Origin: an uncultured Candidatus Competibacteraceae bacterium
Lineage (GTDB): Bacteria > Bacteroidota > Bacteroidia > CAIKAF01
Assembly (NCBI GenBank): GCA_964624635.1
Contig: CAZUXM010000010.1
Span: forward strand, 3,462 to 67,461
DNA length: 64,000 nt
Direction: 5' to 3'
Under the pieces are notes generated by a model. The model did not search any database and had not been told where the DNA came from. It saw only the letters and a program-made list of their open reading frames with translations. Of the stretch, positions 25,374-35,661 are shown in pieces. The position numbers were made by a program, and so were the translations under genes. Within the stretch, counting starts at the first letter, position 1. Each line of letters opens with the position of its first letter.

Positions 25374-26528
25374 TCAAACTTTCATAAGTTTTTCAGCCGC
25401 TTTTTCAAGGGTTTCATTTTCCTTCGCAAAACATAAACGCAAATAATGGTTATCTACCTGATTGCTATAAAAAACGGACATAGGAATAGGAGCAACACCA
25501 TGTTCTTTTGTTAAACGAATGGCATAATCTACATCTTTTTCATCTGTAATTTTTTCGTAGGATACCAATTGAAAATATGAGCCATGCACCGGTTTTAAAA
25601 CAAACCTTGACCCTTTCAATAATTTTTTAAAATAATCTCTTTTTTCCTGATAAAAATTACCCAATTCCAGATACAAAGAGGTGTCTTTTAGCAACTCTGC
25701 ATACGCCGCTTGGATGGGAGTATTTACACAAAACACATTGTACTGATGTACTTTTCTAAATTCTACCATTAAGTTTTCAGGTGCCAACACATAACCAATT
25801 TTCCAGCCTGTTGTGTGGTATGTTTTTCCGAAGGAAGAAACAATAATACTACGTTTCGCTAATTCAGGGAAACGGGCTACACTTTGGTGCTCTACTTTAT
25901 CAAAAATAATATGCTCATACACTTCGTCACTGATTACAATAATGTCTTTGTCTTTGACCAGTTTTTGCAATTTGGTCATATCCGCTGCTGATAAAATAGA
26001 CCCTGTTGGATTATGGGGTGTGTTAATGATGATCATTTTTGTTTTGGCACTCATCAACTTTTTTATATCCTCCCAATTCACGGTAAAGTTTACATCATCC
26101 AGTTTTGCAAATTTGGGCACACCACCACAAAGCTCAATTGCGGGAACATAACAGTCATACGCCGGTTCAATAATGATTACCTCATCTCCTTCACGAATAA
26201 AAGCGGCTATTGCCGTAAAAATAGCCTGTGTCGCTCCCGCCGTAACTGTAATCTCTTTGTCGGGGTCGTAATTGGCTGAATAAAGCTCCGTCGTTTTTTT
26301 AGCGATCATGTCACGTAAAACAGGATGCCCTTGCATGGGGCAGTATTGATTCATTCCTTTTTTCATGGCATCCGTTACCAATTCTATGAGTTTTGGATGG
26401 GTATTAAAATCAGGAAATCCCTGTGATAAATTAATAGCATTGTGCTCTCTGGCCAATGCACTCATCGTAGTAAAAATGGTAGTTTTTACTCTGGGTAATT
26501 TTGAAACAATGTTTCCTGGAAATAGCAT
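25374..26528 (-). CDS. Class I/II PLP aminotransferase (methionine/glutamine aminotransferase, YbdL-like)
   Basis: NLSQGFPDF, NTPHNPTG and SFGKTYHTTGWKIGY (PLP lysine) motifs. Confidence 0.75.
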   Translation of the reverse strand: MLFPGNIVSKLPRVKTTIFTTMSALAREHNAINLSQGFPDFNTHPKLIELVTDAMKKGMNQYCPMQGHPVLRDMIAKKTTELYSANYDPDKEITVTAGATQAIFTAIAAFIREGDEVIIIEPAYDCYVPAIELCGGVPKFAKLDDVNFTVNWEDIKKLMSAKTKMIIINTPHNPTGSILSAADMTKLQKLVKDKDIIVISDEVYEHIIFDKVEHQSVARFPELAKRSIIVSSFGKTYHTTGWKIGYVLAPENLMVEFRKVHQYNVFCVNTPIQAAYAELLKDTSLYLELGNFYQEKRDYFKKLLKGSRFVLKPVHGSYFQLVSYEKITDEKDVDYAIRLTKEHGVAPIPMSVFYSNQVDNHYLRLCFAKENETLEKAAEKLMKV

Positions 26529-26537
26529 AAGGTTGGG

Positions 26538-27911
26538 TTATGAATAAAAAAGGTGTTTATATAATTCTTCTACTTTGTTTAATCCAACTACTTTGATGTT
26601 GGTTTTGCCCAAATTCAATCCTTTGGTATTAAATTTAGATACAAATATGGTTTTGAAGCCTAACTTTTCAGCTTCTGATATTCTTTGTTCTATTCTGGTA
26701 ACAGGACGCACCTCTCCGGTAAGACCTACTTCCCCTGCAAAACAAAATTCGGGGTTCACCGAAACGTTTTCGTTGCTTGATAAGATGGCTGAAATCACCG
26801 CTAAATCCATAGCCGGGTCCTCCACTTTAATTCCACCTGTTAAATTTAAGAATACATCCTTGATACTCAGTTGAAAACCGCATCTTTTCTCAAGAACTGC
26901 TAAAAGCATATTTAACCGTCGGGTATCAAATCCGGTGGCCGATCTTTGGGGTGTTCCGTACACTGCTGTTGATACCAAAGCCTGTATCTCCAGCAGGATG
27001 GGGCGTATTCCTTCCATCGTTACACATACTGAGGTGCCACTCAAATTTTCTTCCTTATCGGGTATCAAAATACCTGAAGGATTCTCCACTTCCCGTAAGC
27101 CTTCTGATGCCATTTCGTAAATACCTATCTCTGAGGTACTTCCGAATCTATTTTTGCTTGCACGGAGGATGCGGAACAGGTGATTTCGGTCTCCTTCGAA
27201 TTGGAGAACCACGTCTACCATATGTTCCAGTACTTTGGGTCCGGCAATACTTCCATCTTTGGTAATATGACCAATCAAGAATACGGGAATTCCTGTCGTT
27301 TTTGCCAGTTTTAATAGTTGACCTGCACATTCACGTATTTGGGAGATACTTCCGGCTGAAGATTCTATCAATCCTGTATATAAAGTTTGAATTGAGTCAA
27401 TGATAATTACCTCAGCTGGATGATTGGATAATTGGGTAAGGATATTTTCCATCACTACTTCCGTTAATACAAAAAGTTGATCGTTATTGGCGGCAATCCT
27501 ATTGGCACGTAATTTTATTTGTTGATCACTTTCTTCACCCGAGATATATAATACTTTTTTCCCTTGTAGGTTAAGTGCCAATTGAAGCATCAATGTACTT
27601 TTTCCAATACCGGGTTCACCTCCTAATAATACGAGTGATCCATTGACAATTCCTCCTCCTAATACTCTATTAAGTTCATTACTGTAAGTAACTATTCGGT
27701 CTTCTTCTTTAAATTGAATCTCATCAATGGCAATGGGCTTATTGTTTTGTTGACGAACAGAGCCAACACTTTGTTTGGAAGTCCCTCCTTTATTCACCAA
27801 CTCTTCCACATATGTATTCCATGCTCCGCAAGCGGGACATTTCCCCACCCATTTAGGAGATTCTGCACCGCATGATTGACAAAAAAATACTGATTTTACC
27901 TTGACAGCCAT
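26538..27911 (-). CDS. radA: DNA repair protein RadA/Sms
   Basis: Zn-ribbon CQSCGAESPKWVGKCPACGAWNT, Walker A GGEPGIGKST, the KNRFG motif and a Lon-like C-terminal domain. Confidence 0.95.
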   Translation of the reverse strand: MAVKVKSVFFCQSCGAESPKWVGKCPACGAWNTYVEELVNKGGTSKQSVGSVRQQNNKPIAIDEIQFKEEDRIVTYSNELNRVLGGGIVNGSLVLLGGEPGIGKSTLMLQLALNLQGKKVLYISGEESDQQIKLRANRIAANNDQLFVLTEVVMENILTQLSNHPAEVIIIDSIQTLYTGLIESSAGSISQIRECAGQLLKLAKTTGIPVFLIGHITKDGSIAGPKVLEHMVDVVLQFEGDRNHLFRILRASKNRFGSTSEIGIYEMASEGLREVENPSGILIPDKEENLSGTSVCVTMEGIRPILLEIQALVSTAVYGTPQRSATGFDTRRLNMLLAVLEKRCGFQLSIKDVFLNLTGGIKVEDPAMDLAVISAILSSNENVSVNPEFCFAGEVGLTGEVRPVTRIEQRISEAEKLGFKTIFVSKFNTKGLNLGKTNIKVVGLNKVEELYKHLFYS

Positions 27912-27984
27912 TTGTCAAGATTACAAAAGTGAGAAGTAAAATAAAAAAAAAGAAATTAACTGCTTTGACAGATATTTTAGCAAA

Positions 27985-28359
27985 TTACCTATATAAATCA
28001 CGTTGTATAAACCCACCGTAATCTTCAGTTCCAACAACTAGCTCTTCATAATTGATTTTTACAATAATCCACTGTCCGTTCATTGGAATATTTCTATCCT
28101 GAATATCTGTTCCTTTAATTTTAATCACATTATGCGTGCCATCAGGGAACATTTCATAGGTACCTGTATCTTGAATACCAGTAGTAAGATTGTAAAAAGT
28201 AACTTGACCTCCTTCTTCAAAATTCCAACGCATATCATGTTGAAGCGGATCTACCTGATTAGCATATTGCCATTGGCCCAATACTTGTTGGGGAGCTTCT
28301 CCTAAGCAACTGGTTGAAATAATAGCTACTAATAAGAGTCCTGGGATAAGCTTTTTCAT
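27985..28359 (-). CDS. Hypothetical lipoprotein (124 aa)
   Basis: Trimmed from the TTG at 28425 to ATG 28359, giving the lipobox-like MKKLIPGLLLVAIISTSC. Confidence 0.5.
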   Translation of the reverse strand: MKKLIPGLLLVAIISTSCLGEAPQQVLGQWQYANQVDPLQHDMRWNFEEGGQVTFYNLTTGIQDTGTYEMFPDGTHNVIKIKGTDIQDRNIPMNGQWIIVKINYEELVVGTEDYGGFIQRDLYR

Positions 28360-28429
28360 AAATCTTGATTTTATGATTTTGGTATAGTTATGTACAAATA
28401 TAACCGATTTTTGGTTTATGAACAAGTTT

Positions 28430-29485
28430 TTAGCCCTTGTCTAGCTCCATAGGTTTATAGTTTCTATTAAATATGGGTATCAGCATCATAACAATCACCC
28501 CAACAGAAAGTATCATAATTTCCTGCGCCCCCCATATAATCCACCCCAAGGCATTACCTGTTCCTGCATCCACTCCTCCAAACTGATCCAGACCAACGAT
28601 AATCCTTACAACAATTGGAAATAACCCCAATCCATTAGGCGTGCCCATAATGGCAAAAGTTCCGAATATCATAATCATAAACGGAGCCCACGGACTGGCT
28701 GATGCTGTTTGAGGTAAGGAAAAAAAGCATACCCAAGTCATTAAAAAGTACAAACCCCAAATAGCTAATGAATAGAATAAGAACAATCCTTTTTTCTTAA
28801 TGAGTAAGGTTGACTTTAATCCTGCCCAAAACCCCTTGATAATACCTACCATTTTTCCATAAATTTTTCCAATGAATTTGTTCTTTCTGAATAAAAACAA
28901 AACCGCAAATATCAATATTCCAAATCCTACTAATAAATACTTCCAGTATTTCATGAAAAACCCGGGTTCTTTTGGTTCTCCCTTTCCTAACATAAACTGA
29001 TCAATAGCTGCTTGAATAGAAGCTGAAAGACTGGTAAATGTTTCATTACTAAATACAAAAATTCCACCCAAAAATAGCCCGAAAAATAACAGGTCAACAG
29101 CTCTTTCGGCAACCACTGTTCCCAATGATTTTTCTACAGGAATCTTTTCGTAATTTCTTAAAATGGCACAACGCGTTACTTCGCCTAAACGAGGCACCAT
29201 GGCATTAAAAAAATACATATTCATTACCGCAAAAAACAAGTTAGATGTTCGGGGTTTGTACCCAAAAGGCTCAATAATCAACTTCCAACGTAATGCTCTT
29301 ACATAATGGGCCAGTGTGCCTATAAGAATAGATACTATGAGCCATAAATAGTTAGCCTTTGAAATACCTTCCCAGAAAGAGGATTTTTCATCATCAGGCA
29401 TACTATTATACACCCAGTAGGTAACAAATATACCCAGGCTAAAAAAAAGAATAATCTTAAGGGCCTCCTTAAGTTTTTTACTCAC
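28430..29485 (-). CDS. Polytopic membrane protein, UPF0104 / lysylphosphatidylglycerol-synthase-TM-region-like (flippase-like)
   Basis: About 8 TM helices and a GTG start. Composition and synteny (next to panD) resemble this family. Assignment from memory only. Confidence 0.5.
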   Translation of the reverse strand: MSKKLKEALKIILFFSLGIFVTYWVYNSMPDDEKSSFWEGISKANYLWLIVSILIGTLAHYVRALRWKLIIEPFGYKPRTSNLFFAVMNMYFFNAMVPRLGEVTRCAILRNYEKIPVEKSLGTVVAERAVDLLFFGLFLGGIFVFSNETFTSLSASIQAAIDQFMLGKGEPKEPGFFMKYWKYLLVGFGILIFAVLFLFRKNKFIGKIYGKMVGIIKGFWAGLKSTLLIKKKGLFLFYSLAIWGLYFLMTWVCFFSLPQTASASPWAPFMIMIFGTFAIMGTPNGLGLFPIVVRIIVGLDQFGGVDAGTGNALGWIIWGAQEIMILSVGVIVMMLIPIFNRNYKPMELDKG

Positions 29486-29489
29486 TGCG

Positions 29490-29843
29490 TTATTTAATTA
29501 GTTTATTAGTTTTTTCATCGGGAAAAATAACCCATGGTTGATGTGTTTTAGCTTTCTCAAAATCCATCAACGCGTAAGAAAATATCAATAATATATCTCC
29601 TTCCTGAACCTTACGTGCAGCTGCTCCATTCAAACATATCATTCCGCTGCCTCTGGTTCCTTTTATCACATAGGTTTCCAGTCTTTCCCCATTATTATTA
29701 TTTACTATCTGCACCTTCTCATTTTCTATCAGATTGGCAGCGTCCATTAAATCCTCATCAATGGTAACTGATCCTATATAATTCAAATTAGACTCTGTAA
29801 CTGTTACCCTGTGGATTTTTGATTTTAATACCTGTATCATCAT
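29490..29843 (-). CDS. panD: Aspartate 1-decarboxylase
   Basis: [26 protein letters not shown], including the Gly-Ser self-cleavage site. Confidence 0.95.
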   Translation of the reverse strand: MMIQVLKSKIHRVTVTESNLNYIGSVTIDEDLMDAANLIENEKVQIVNNNNGERLETYVIKGTRGSGMICLNGAAARKVQEGDILLIFSYALMDFEKAKTHQPWVIFPDEKTNKLIK

Positions 29844-29963
29844 AGCGGTACAAATTTAGTGAATAAATGCAATTAGGGTAATAAGGGTTAAGGATTAACA
29901 ATAATTATTGATTTGGGTCAAACAAGTGGTTATTTGTTCAAAAATGAATGTTGTAGGCTGTAG

Positions 29964-29983
29964 AGACGGTCCATGGACCGTCT
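29964..29983. repeat. Perfect 20-bp GC-rich palindrome in the panC-panD spacer
   Basis: AGACGGTCCATGGACCGTCT equals its own reverse complement. No adjacent T-tract on either strand. Confidence 0.6.
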
Positions 29984-30142
29984 GTGCAAACATAATATAA
30001 CCTAAATGACTATTGCTATATTAAGCTAATATTTTTACGCTACCTGCCCCAAAATAGAAGTAATGATTTATTATATATGCAGCCCGGGCGAAATGGCACC
30101 CCACAGCACTGAACATCAGTAACACTTGCGAAATAAAGCTGC

Positions 30143-30982
30143 CTATAGAGGCATATTATCAATTAATCTCACCTCTCCTGCATAAAAAGCGGTAAATACA
30201 CGAATATTTTTGTGTTTGCTGGGATCCTCCACCAACTCTAGAGTATCAGCATCTGCCAATTCAATATACTCACATTTTAAATGCTCAATCTTATTTACAG
30301 ATTTAGTAAACCAGTCTTTTGCTTCTTGAACCGTTTTATCTTTCAGCTTTTCATTGATCTTTTTTAAAAGGGCAGGTACTTTCACGGCACTGTTATATTC
30401 ATCAGGCAATAATCTCATATTACGACTGCTCATGGCAAGTCCTTTATCATCACGGATGGTTTCAACACCTTGTATCTTGATATGTGGCAAATGTTGTGCT
30501 GTAATTTTTTTGATAACCATATATTGTTGGTAATCCTTTAATCCAAAAAAAGCCACATCGGGTTGAATAATCTCAAAAAAGCGCATAACCACATTGGCTA
30601 CTCCCTGAAAATGTCCTGGACGAAAAGGCCCTTCCATTACCTCGTTTAAATGCCCCAGATCATAGTTTCTTGGTTCTGATTGACCATATACCTGCTCATA
30701 GTTAGGATTGAACAATAAATGACAATCGATTTCCTCTAACATTTGGGTATCTCTGGCTATGGTATTGGGATATTTTTTAAAATCATCAGGATTATTGAAT
30801 TGCAAAGGATTGACAAAAATGCTGCAAACCACCGTATCTGTAGCCATTAATGCACGTTCTATAAGTGCCATATGACCTTGATGAAGGGCTCCCATAGTGG
30901 GTACTAATCCAACTTTTTTACCCTGGCTGCGTATAAAGTTTATCTCAGCATGAATCTGACCGGATGATTGAAATACTTTCAT
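30143..30982 (-). CDS. panC: Pantoate--beta-alanine ligase
   Basis: VPTMGALHQGH (HIGH-like), PLQF and SSRN motifs. Confidence 0.95.
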   Translation of the reverse strand: MKVFQSSGQIHAEINFIRSQGKKVGLVPTMGALHQGHMALIERALMATDTVVCSIFVNPLQFNNPDDFKKYPNTIARDTQMLEEIDCHLLFNPNYEQVYGQSEPRNYDLGHLNEVMEGPFRPGHFQGVANVVMRFFEIIQPDVAFFGLKDYQQYMVIKKITAQHLPHIKIQGVETIRDDKGLAMSSRNMRLLPDEYNSAVKVPALLKKINEKLKDKTVQEAKDWFTKSVNKIEHLKCEYIELADADTLELVEDPSKHKNIRVFTAFYAGEVRLIDNMPL

Positions 30983-31173
30983 CTAAATTGTGTAGGGGGC
31001 TTGTGAATAGGGCGTTACATGCTCTTTTAGGGGTTGCGAATGTAAAGATTATTTTGAAATTAACGGCTTTTTTTGTTAATTTTGCAGTACACTTATGAAC
31101 AGATCACTTGTTTATATCTGTTTCGTTCTTTAATAACCGACTAGTCTATAACGATAAAACACATAATTTCTAT

Positions 31174-31998
31174 ATGGAAAAACGCAAGGTGCTCTTTATT
31201 TCTCAGGAAATGATACCGTACATGACAAATGAAAACGAAATTACCCGAATGAGCAGAATGGTTCCACAGGGTGTTCAAGAGCAAGGATTTGAAATAAGAA
31301 CTTTTATGCCAAGATTTGGGTGTATCAACGAAAGAAGACACCAGCTACATGAAGTGATTCGCCTCTCAGGAATGAATATCGTTGTTAACGACTCTGACCA
31401 ACCTCTTATTATTAAAGTGGCGTCAATCCCAACTGCACGTATGCAGGTTTACTTTATTGATAATGAAGAGTATTTTCAACGTAAAACCACTCTAAACGAT
31501 GATAAAGGACAGTTTCATGCTGATAATGATGAAAGAGCCATTTTCTACATTAAAGGAGTATTTGAAACCGTAAAAAAACTTGGATGGTCTCCTGATGTTA
31601 TCCACTGTCATGGTTGGATGGCTTCATTGGTTTCTGTTTACCTTAAAAATGTATACAAAAACGATCCTATTTTTGCGAATGCAAAAGTGGTCATGTCATT
31701 ATATAACTCTGATGAGTTTGAAGGCGAATTAAATACCGGTTTCGGTAAAAAAGTGTTGATGGATGAAATGACTCCAGAACACTATAAAGTAACCAAACCA
31801 ACATATGCCAACGTAATCAATGAAGGTATCCGTTATGCTGATGCGGTTGCTATTGGGAACGACAAAATCAACAAAGACATTGAGAAATACTTGAAAACTT
31901 CAGACGTGAAGAAAGTAAATTACAACCCGGATGAAGATTATGTAGGTCCTATGTTGACTCTTTACAATGAGCTAATCGAGGATTCGGTATTGGCTTGA
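31174..31998 (+). CDS. Short Bacteroidetes-type glycogen/starch synthase-like protein
   Basis: KVLFISQEMIPY... N-terminus typical of Glyco_transf_5-like proteins. The track start at 31108 is TTG; trimmed to ATG 31174. Confidence 0.65.
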   Translation: MEKRKVLFISQEMIPYMTNENEITRMSRMVPQGVQEQGFEIRTFMPRFGCINERRHQLHEVIRLSGMNIVVNDSDQPLIIKVASIPTARMQVYFIDNEEYFQRKTTLNDDKGQFHADNDERAIFYIKGVFETVKKLGWSPDVIHCHGWMASLVSVYLKNVYKNDPIFANAKVVMSLYNSDEFEGELNTGFGKKVLMDEMTPEHYKVTKPTYANVINEGIRYADAVAIGNDKINKDIEKYLKTSDVKKVNYNPDEDYVGPMLTLYNELIEDSVLA

Positions 31999-32071
31999 AA
32001 TAAAAAATCATAATTTCTTATAGTATATACTTATCTGCAGAGATTTTCGTTAGCTTTGCAGATACTTTTTT

Positions 32072-33406
32072 ATGAAGAGGCTGAATATTTTTTTAGTGTG
32101 GTTGGTTGGTATATCTATTACCCTCGTTTCGTGTACAACAGAGAATGACCCCAATAATGGTATAATTCCCGTATCAGATTCATTACAACTCAGATTTACT
32201 GATACTACTACTTTACAGGCACATATTGTGCAGGATGATACTTTAAGGACCGATAATACCGACAGAGGAATTCTGGGAAGCTATCATGATCCTATTTTTG
32301 GAAGAACCACTTCTTCGTTTTACTCTACTTTTACAAGTTCTCAATCATTTATTGGTAATAGCTCATACATTTTAGACTCTGTAATCCTCACCCTTCGTGC
32401 TGATGGAGGATATGGAGATCTAAGCAAATTCACTGGCTACCAGGTATTGCAGGTATTTGAAGTCACCGAAACCATTGGAACCGCTCCAGCGACCGGCTAC
32501 AATTCAACCGATAGTTTTGATTGTGCTCCAGTACCCTTAGCGACCTTTGGTTTTGCTCCTCAATTCTTTTCACAAGGTACAGAACCTGCTGCTATCCGTA
32601 TAAAACTCAACACCTCATTTGGTAATCGATTTTTTAATAATGATACCATCAATGCTACCAACCTCAATGAATATTTAAAAGGTATATATGTACGCATTGA
32701 TCCTTCAATCTATAATATACAAGGTATAGGCAATGGAGGTATTGTTTACTTCAAATTGAACAATGATGTTTCTGCACTTAAAGTGCACTATCATGAATGT
32801 CCAACATGTACTACAGCTGCTGAAAGAAGAACTGTAAAATTCCCCATGAGTTCCTCTGCCAATAAACGCATTAATATATTCAGGCATAATTATACCAATG
32901 CAGATGCTGCATTTATGGCTAAACTGAATGATACAAACAATACTGTAGCATCTGATAAACTATATATACAATCACTACAAGGTATACGTATTAAAGTAAA
33001 AATGCCTTATTTAAAAAGTTACCTTGATTCAGGCGATGTAATTGTGAACAGAGCTGAATTTATTATTCCGGTGGATCCTTCACAAAACTATCAATTGTAT
33101 AAAGAGCCTGCCAATATTATGGCATACACGCTAAATAGTTCAGGCCAGGTAAGATTAATGGATGATATATTTTATGTGTATTATGATTCATACTATAATA
33201 CCGCCACTCAGGAATATAAAATTGTTTTAACTCAATATGTTCAACAGGTATTAAATGGGGGTAATGTCCCTTCAGAATTTTATTTTGACATACCTGTACT
33301 CGCAAAAAATACGGATGCGTTTAGGTTAGTCATTAACTCGCCTGAGCACTTCACCAAACCCATGAAATTGAATTTAACTTATACCCGAATACCTACTACT
33401 CTATAA
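32072..33406 (+). CDS. Lipoprotein, DUF4270-like
   Basis: Lipobox LVSC. Its position between glycogen synthase and glmS matches what I recall as conserved Bacteroidetes synteny. Confidence 0.5.
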   Translation: MKRLNIFLVWLVGISITLVSCTTENDPNNGIIPVSDSLQLRFTDTTTLQAHIVQDDTLRTDNTDRGILGSYHDPIFGRTTSSFYSTFTSSQSFIGNSSYILDSVILTLRADGGYGDLSKFTGYQVLQVFEVTETIGTAPATGYNSTDSFDCAPVPLATFGFAPQFFSQGTEPAAIRIKLNTSFGNRFFNNDTINATNLNEYLKGIYVRIDPSIYNIQGIGNGGIVYFKLNNDVSALKVHYHECPTCTTAAERRTVKFPMSSSANKRINIFRHNYTNADAAFMAKLNDTNNTVASDKLYIQSLQGIRIKVKMPYLKSYLDSGDVIVNRAEFIIPVDPSQNYQLYKEPANIMAYTLNSSGQVRLMDDIFYVYYDSYYNTATQEYKIVLTQYVQQVLNGGNVPSEFYFDIPVLAKNTDAFRLVINSPEHFTKPMKLNLTYTRIPTTL

Positions 33407-33412
33407 AATACT

Positions 33413-35257
33413 ATGTGTGGAATTGTTGGATACATTGGAAAAAAACAAGCATACCCCATCCTTATTAAAGGATTACAACGATTAGAATACCGCGGTTACG
33501 ATAGTGCCGGCGTAGCTTTACTTAATGGAGGTATCAAATTATATAAAAAACAAGGAAAAGTTTCTGATCTTTCTACTTATACCAATAATAAAGATAAAGA
33601 CGGAAGTATAGGTATTGGTCATACACGTTGGGCAACCCATGGTGTACCCAATGACATCAATGCCCATCCTCATTTCTCTCCGAGCAAAGAATTAGTCATT
33701 ATTCATAACGGGATTATTGAGAACTATTCAACCATTAAAGAAGGGCTTCTAAAACGTGGTTATACATTCAATAGTGATACTGATACTGAAGTATTGGTTT
33801 TTTTAATTGAAGATATTCTTAAAAAAGAAAATTGTTCATTAGAAGAAGCAGTACGTTTAGCACTTAATGAAGTAATTGGGGCGTATGCTATTGTAGTGAT
33901 GAGTAAAAATGATCCTCATAAACTGGTAGCTGCCAAAAAGGGAAGTCCGTTAGTAATTGGTATTGGTGATAATGAGGAAGAATATTTTGTAGCATCCGAC
34001 GCTACTCCAATTATTGAATACACAAAAAATGTAGTGTATTTAGAAGATGAAGAATTTGCTGTGGTAGAACCAGGCAAAAAACTCAAAATAAAGACTATTA
34101 AGAATGCTGAAATCACACCTTATATTCAGGAGCTTCAAATGGAATTGGAGAGTTTGGAAAAAGGAGGGTATGAGCATTTTATGTTGAAAGAAATCAACGA
34201 ACAGCCCCGTTCTATTCGTGATAGTTTAAGAGGAAGAATGGATCCTACTACCGGTCAAATAAAAATGGCAGGGATTGATGAATTTGAGAAAAAATTATTG
34301 ACGGCACAACGTATCATCATTGTTGGTTGTGGTACCAGTTGGCATGCCGGATTAGTAGGTGAATACCTCATTGAGGAGTTAGCTCGTATACCTGTTGAAG
34401 TAGAATATGCTTCGGAATTTCGTTATAGAAATCCCATCATCAATGAAAATGATATTGTCATCGCTATTTCGCAATCGGGGGAAACAGCTGACACTTTAGC
34501 AGCTATTAAACTGGCTAAAAGCAAAGGAGCTACTATTTTTGGTATTTGTAATGTAGTGGGCTCATCCATTGCCCGTGAAACACATGCAGGAGCCTATACT
34601 CATGCCGGACCCGAAATTGGGGTAGCCTCCACCAAAGCATTTACTGCACAGGTATCTGTATTATGTTTAATTGCACTAACCCTTGGATATAAAAAGGGAG
34701 TACTAACAGAATCACGCTACCGACAATTATTGGAAGAATTAGATACTATTCCTCATAAAGTAGAAGAAACACTAAAAACAGATACGGTAGTTAAACAGAT
34801 TAGTGATGTGTTTGCCAATGTGAGAAATTTCCTTTATTTAGGTCGTGGGTTTAACTTCCCTGTAGCACTGGAAGGAGCTTTAAAACTTAAAGAAATATCT
34901 TACATTCATGCTGAGGGGTACCCTGCAGCCGAGATGAAACACGGACCCATTGCATTGATCGATGAAGAGATGCCAGTGGTGGTAATTGCGAATAAAAATA
35001 CTTCTTACGAAAAAATTGTATCTAACATACAGGAAGTAAAAGCCCGTGGGGGTAAAATCATTGCTATTGTAACTCACGGTGACCATGAAGTAACCCAACT
35101 GGCAGATTATACTATTTCGGTTCCTGAAATTGATGAAGCATTTTCACCTATTATTACGGTTGTGCCCTTACAGTTACTTTCGTATCATATTGCCGTAATG
35201 AGAGGTTGTAATGTAGATCAGCCCCGTAATTTAGCGAAGAGTGTAACAGTGGAGTAA
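33413..35257 (+). CDS. glmS: Glutamine--fructose-6-phosphate aminotransferase
   Basis: MCGIVGY N-terminal nucleophile, two SIS domains and the C-terminal ...KSVTVE. Confidence 0.97.
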   Translation: MCGIVGYIGKKQAYPILIKGLQRLEYRGYDSAGVALLNGGIKLYKKQGKVSDLSTYTNNKDKDGSIGIGHTRWATHGVPNDINAHPHFSPSKELVIIHNGIIENYSTIKEGLLKRGYTFNSDTDTEVLVFLIEDILKKENCSLEEAVRLALNEVIGAYAIVVMSKNDPHKLVAAKKGSPLVIGIGDNEEEYFVASDATPIIEYTKNVVYLEDEEFAVVEPGKKLKIKTIKNAEITPYIQELQMELESLEKGGYEHFMLKEINEQPRSIRDSLRGRMDPTTGQIKMAGIDEFEKKLLTAQRIIIVGCGTSWHAGLVGEYLIEELARIPVEVEYASEFRYRNPIINENDIVIAISQSGETADTLAAIKLAKSKGATIFGICNVVGSSIARETHAGAYTHAGPEIGVASTKAFTAQVSVLCLIALTLGYKKGVLTESRYRQLLEELDTIPHKVEETLKTDTVVKQISDVFANVRNFLYLGRGFNFPVALEGALKLKEISYIHAEGYPAAEMKHGPIALIDEEMPVVVIANKNTSYEKIVSNIQEVKARGGKIIAIVTHGDHEVTQLADYTISVPEIDEAFSPIITVVPLQLLSYHIAVMRGCNVDQPRNLAKSVTVE

Positions 35258-35611
35258 ATGAAGTATCTAGCATTTACCGGATACACCCTGTTTATTATTT
35301 CTATTTCAGTACTGGCTTATTTAAATGTCATTCCTACTAAGAAAATTAATATACCTTATTACGATTATGTAGGACATTTTATTTTGTACGGCATTTGGGC
35401 TTATTTATTTGCTATGGTACTACCTAAAAATATCTTACCTTTTATTCCCGTAGGAATTCTCTTCATTACACTTATTACTATTGTTGAAGAGTGTTTACAA
35501 TCTTTTTCTTCGGTTCGAAGTTTTAGTTTGGTTGATATGGGATGTAGTATTGCAGGAATAATATTGGGGGGAGTTATTTTTAACCTCCAATCAAAAGCTG
35601 CCTATAAATAA
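35258..35611 (+). CDS. VanZ-like membrane protein
   Basis: Four TM segments. D..GHF..YG and E..Q......R..S..D......G motifs. The start abuts the glmS stop (TAAATG). Confidence 0.55.
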   Translation: MKYLAFTGYTLFIISISVLAYLNVIPTKKINIPYYDYVGHFILYGIWAYLFAMVLPKNILPFIPVGILFITLITIVEECLQSFSSVRSFSLVDMGCSIAGIILGGVIFNLQSKAAYK

Positions 35612-35661
35612 TGAGAATTTGCCTTAAACCTTTGTTGACCAGGCAATCTGAATGTATACAA

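Noticed and set aside
29944-29999. 18-codon mini-ORF (MNVVGCRDGPWTVCANII) spanning the panC-panD palindrome
   Set aside because: It is too short, has no start context, and its sequence is dictated by the palindrome. It is reported only as DNA structure.
31108-31173. N-terminal extensions in the ORF track (also 5802..5852, 2715..2753, 28360..28425, 3421..3555, 17887..17904, 63777..63836)
   Set aside because: Most start at TTG, or at upstream ATGs inside divergent promoter regions. The downstream ATGs give canonical signal peptides or homology-consistent N-termini.
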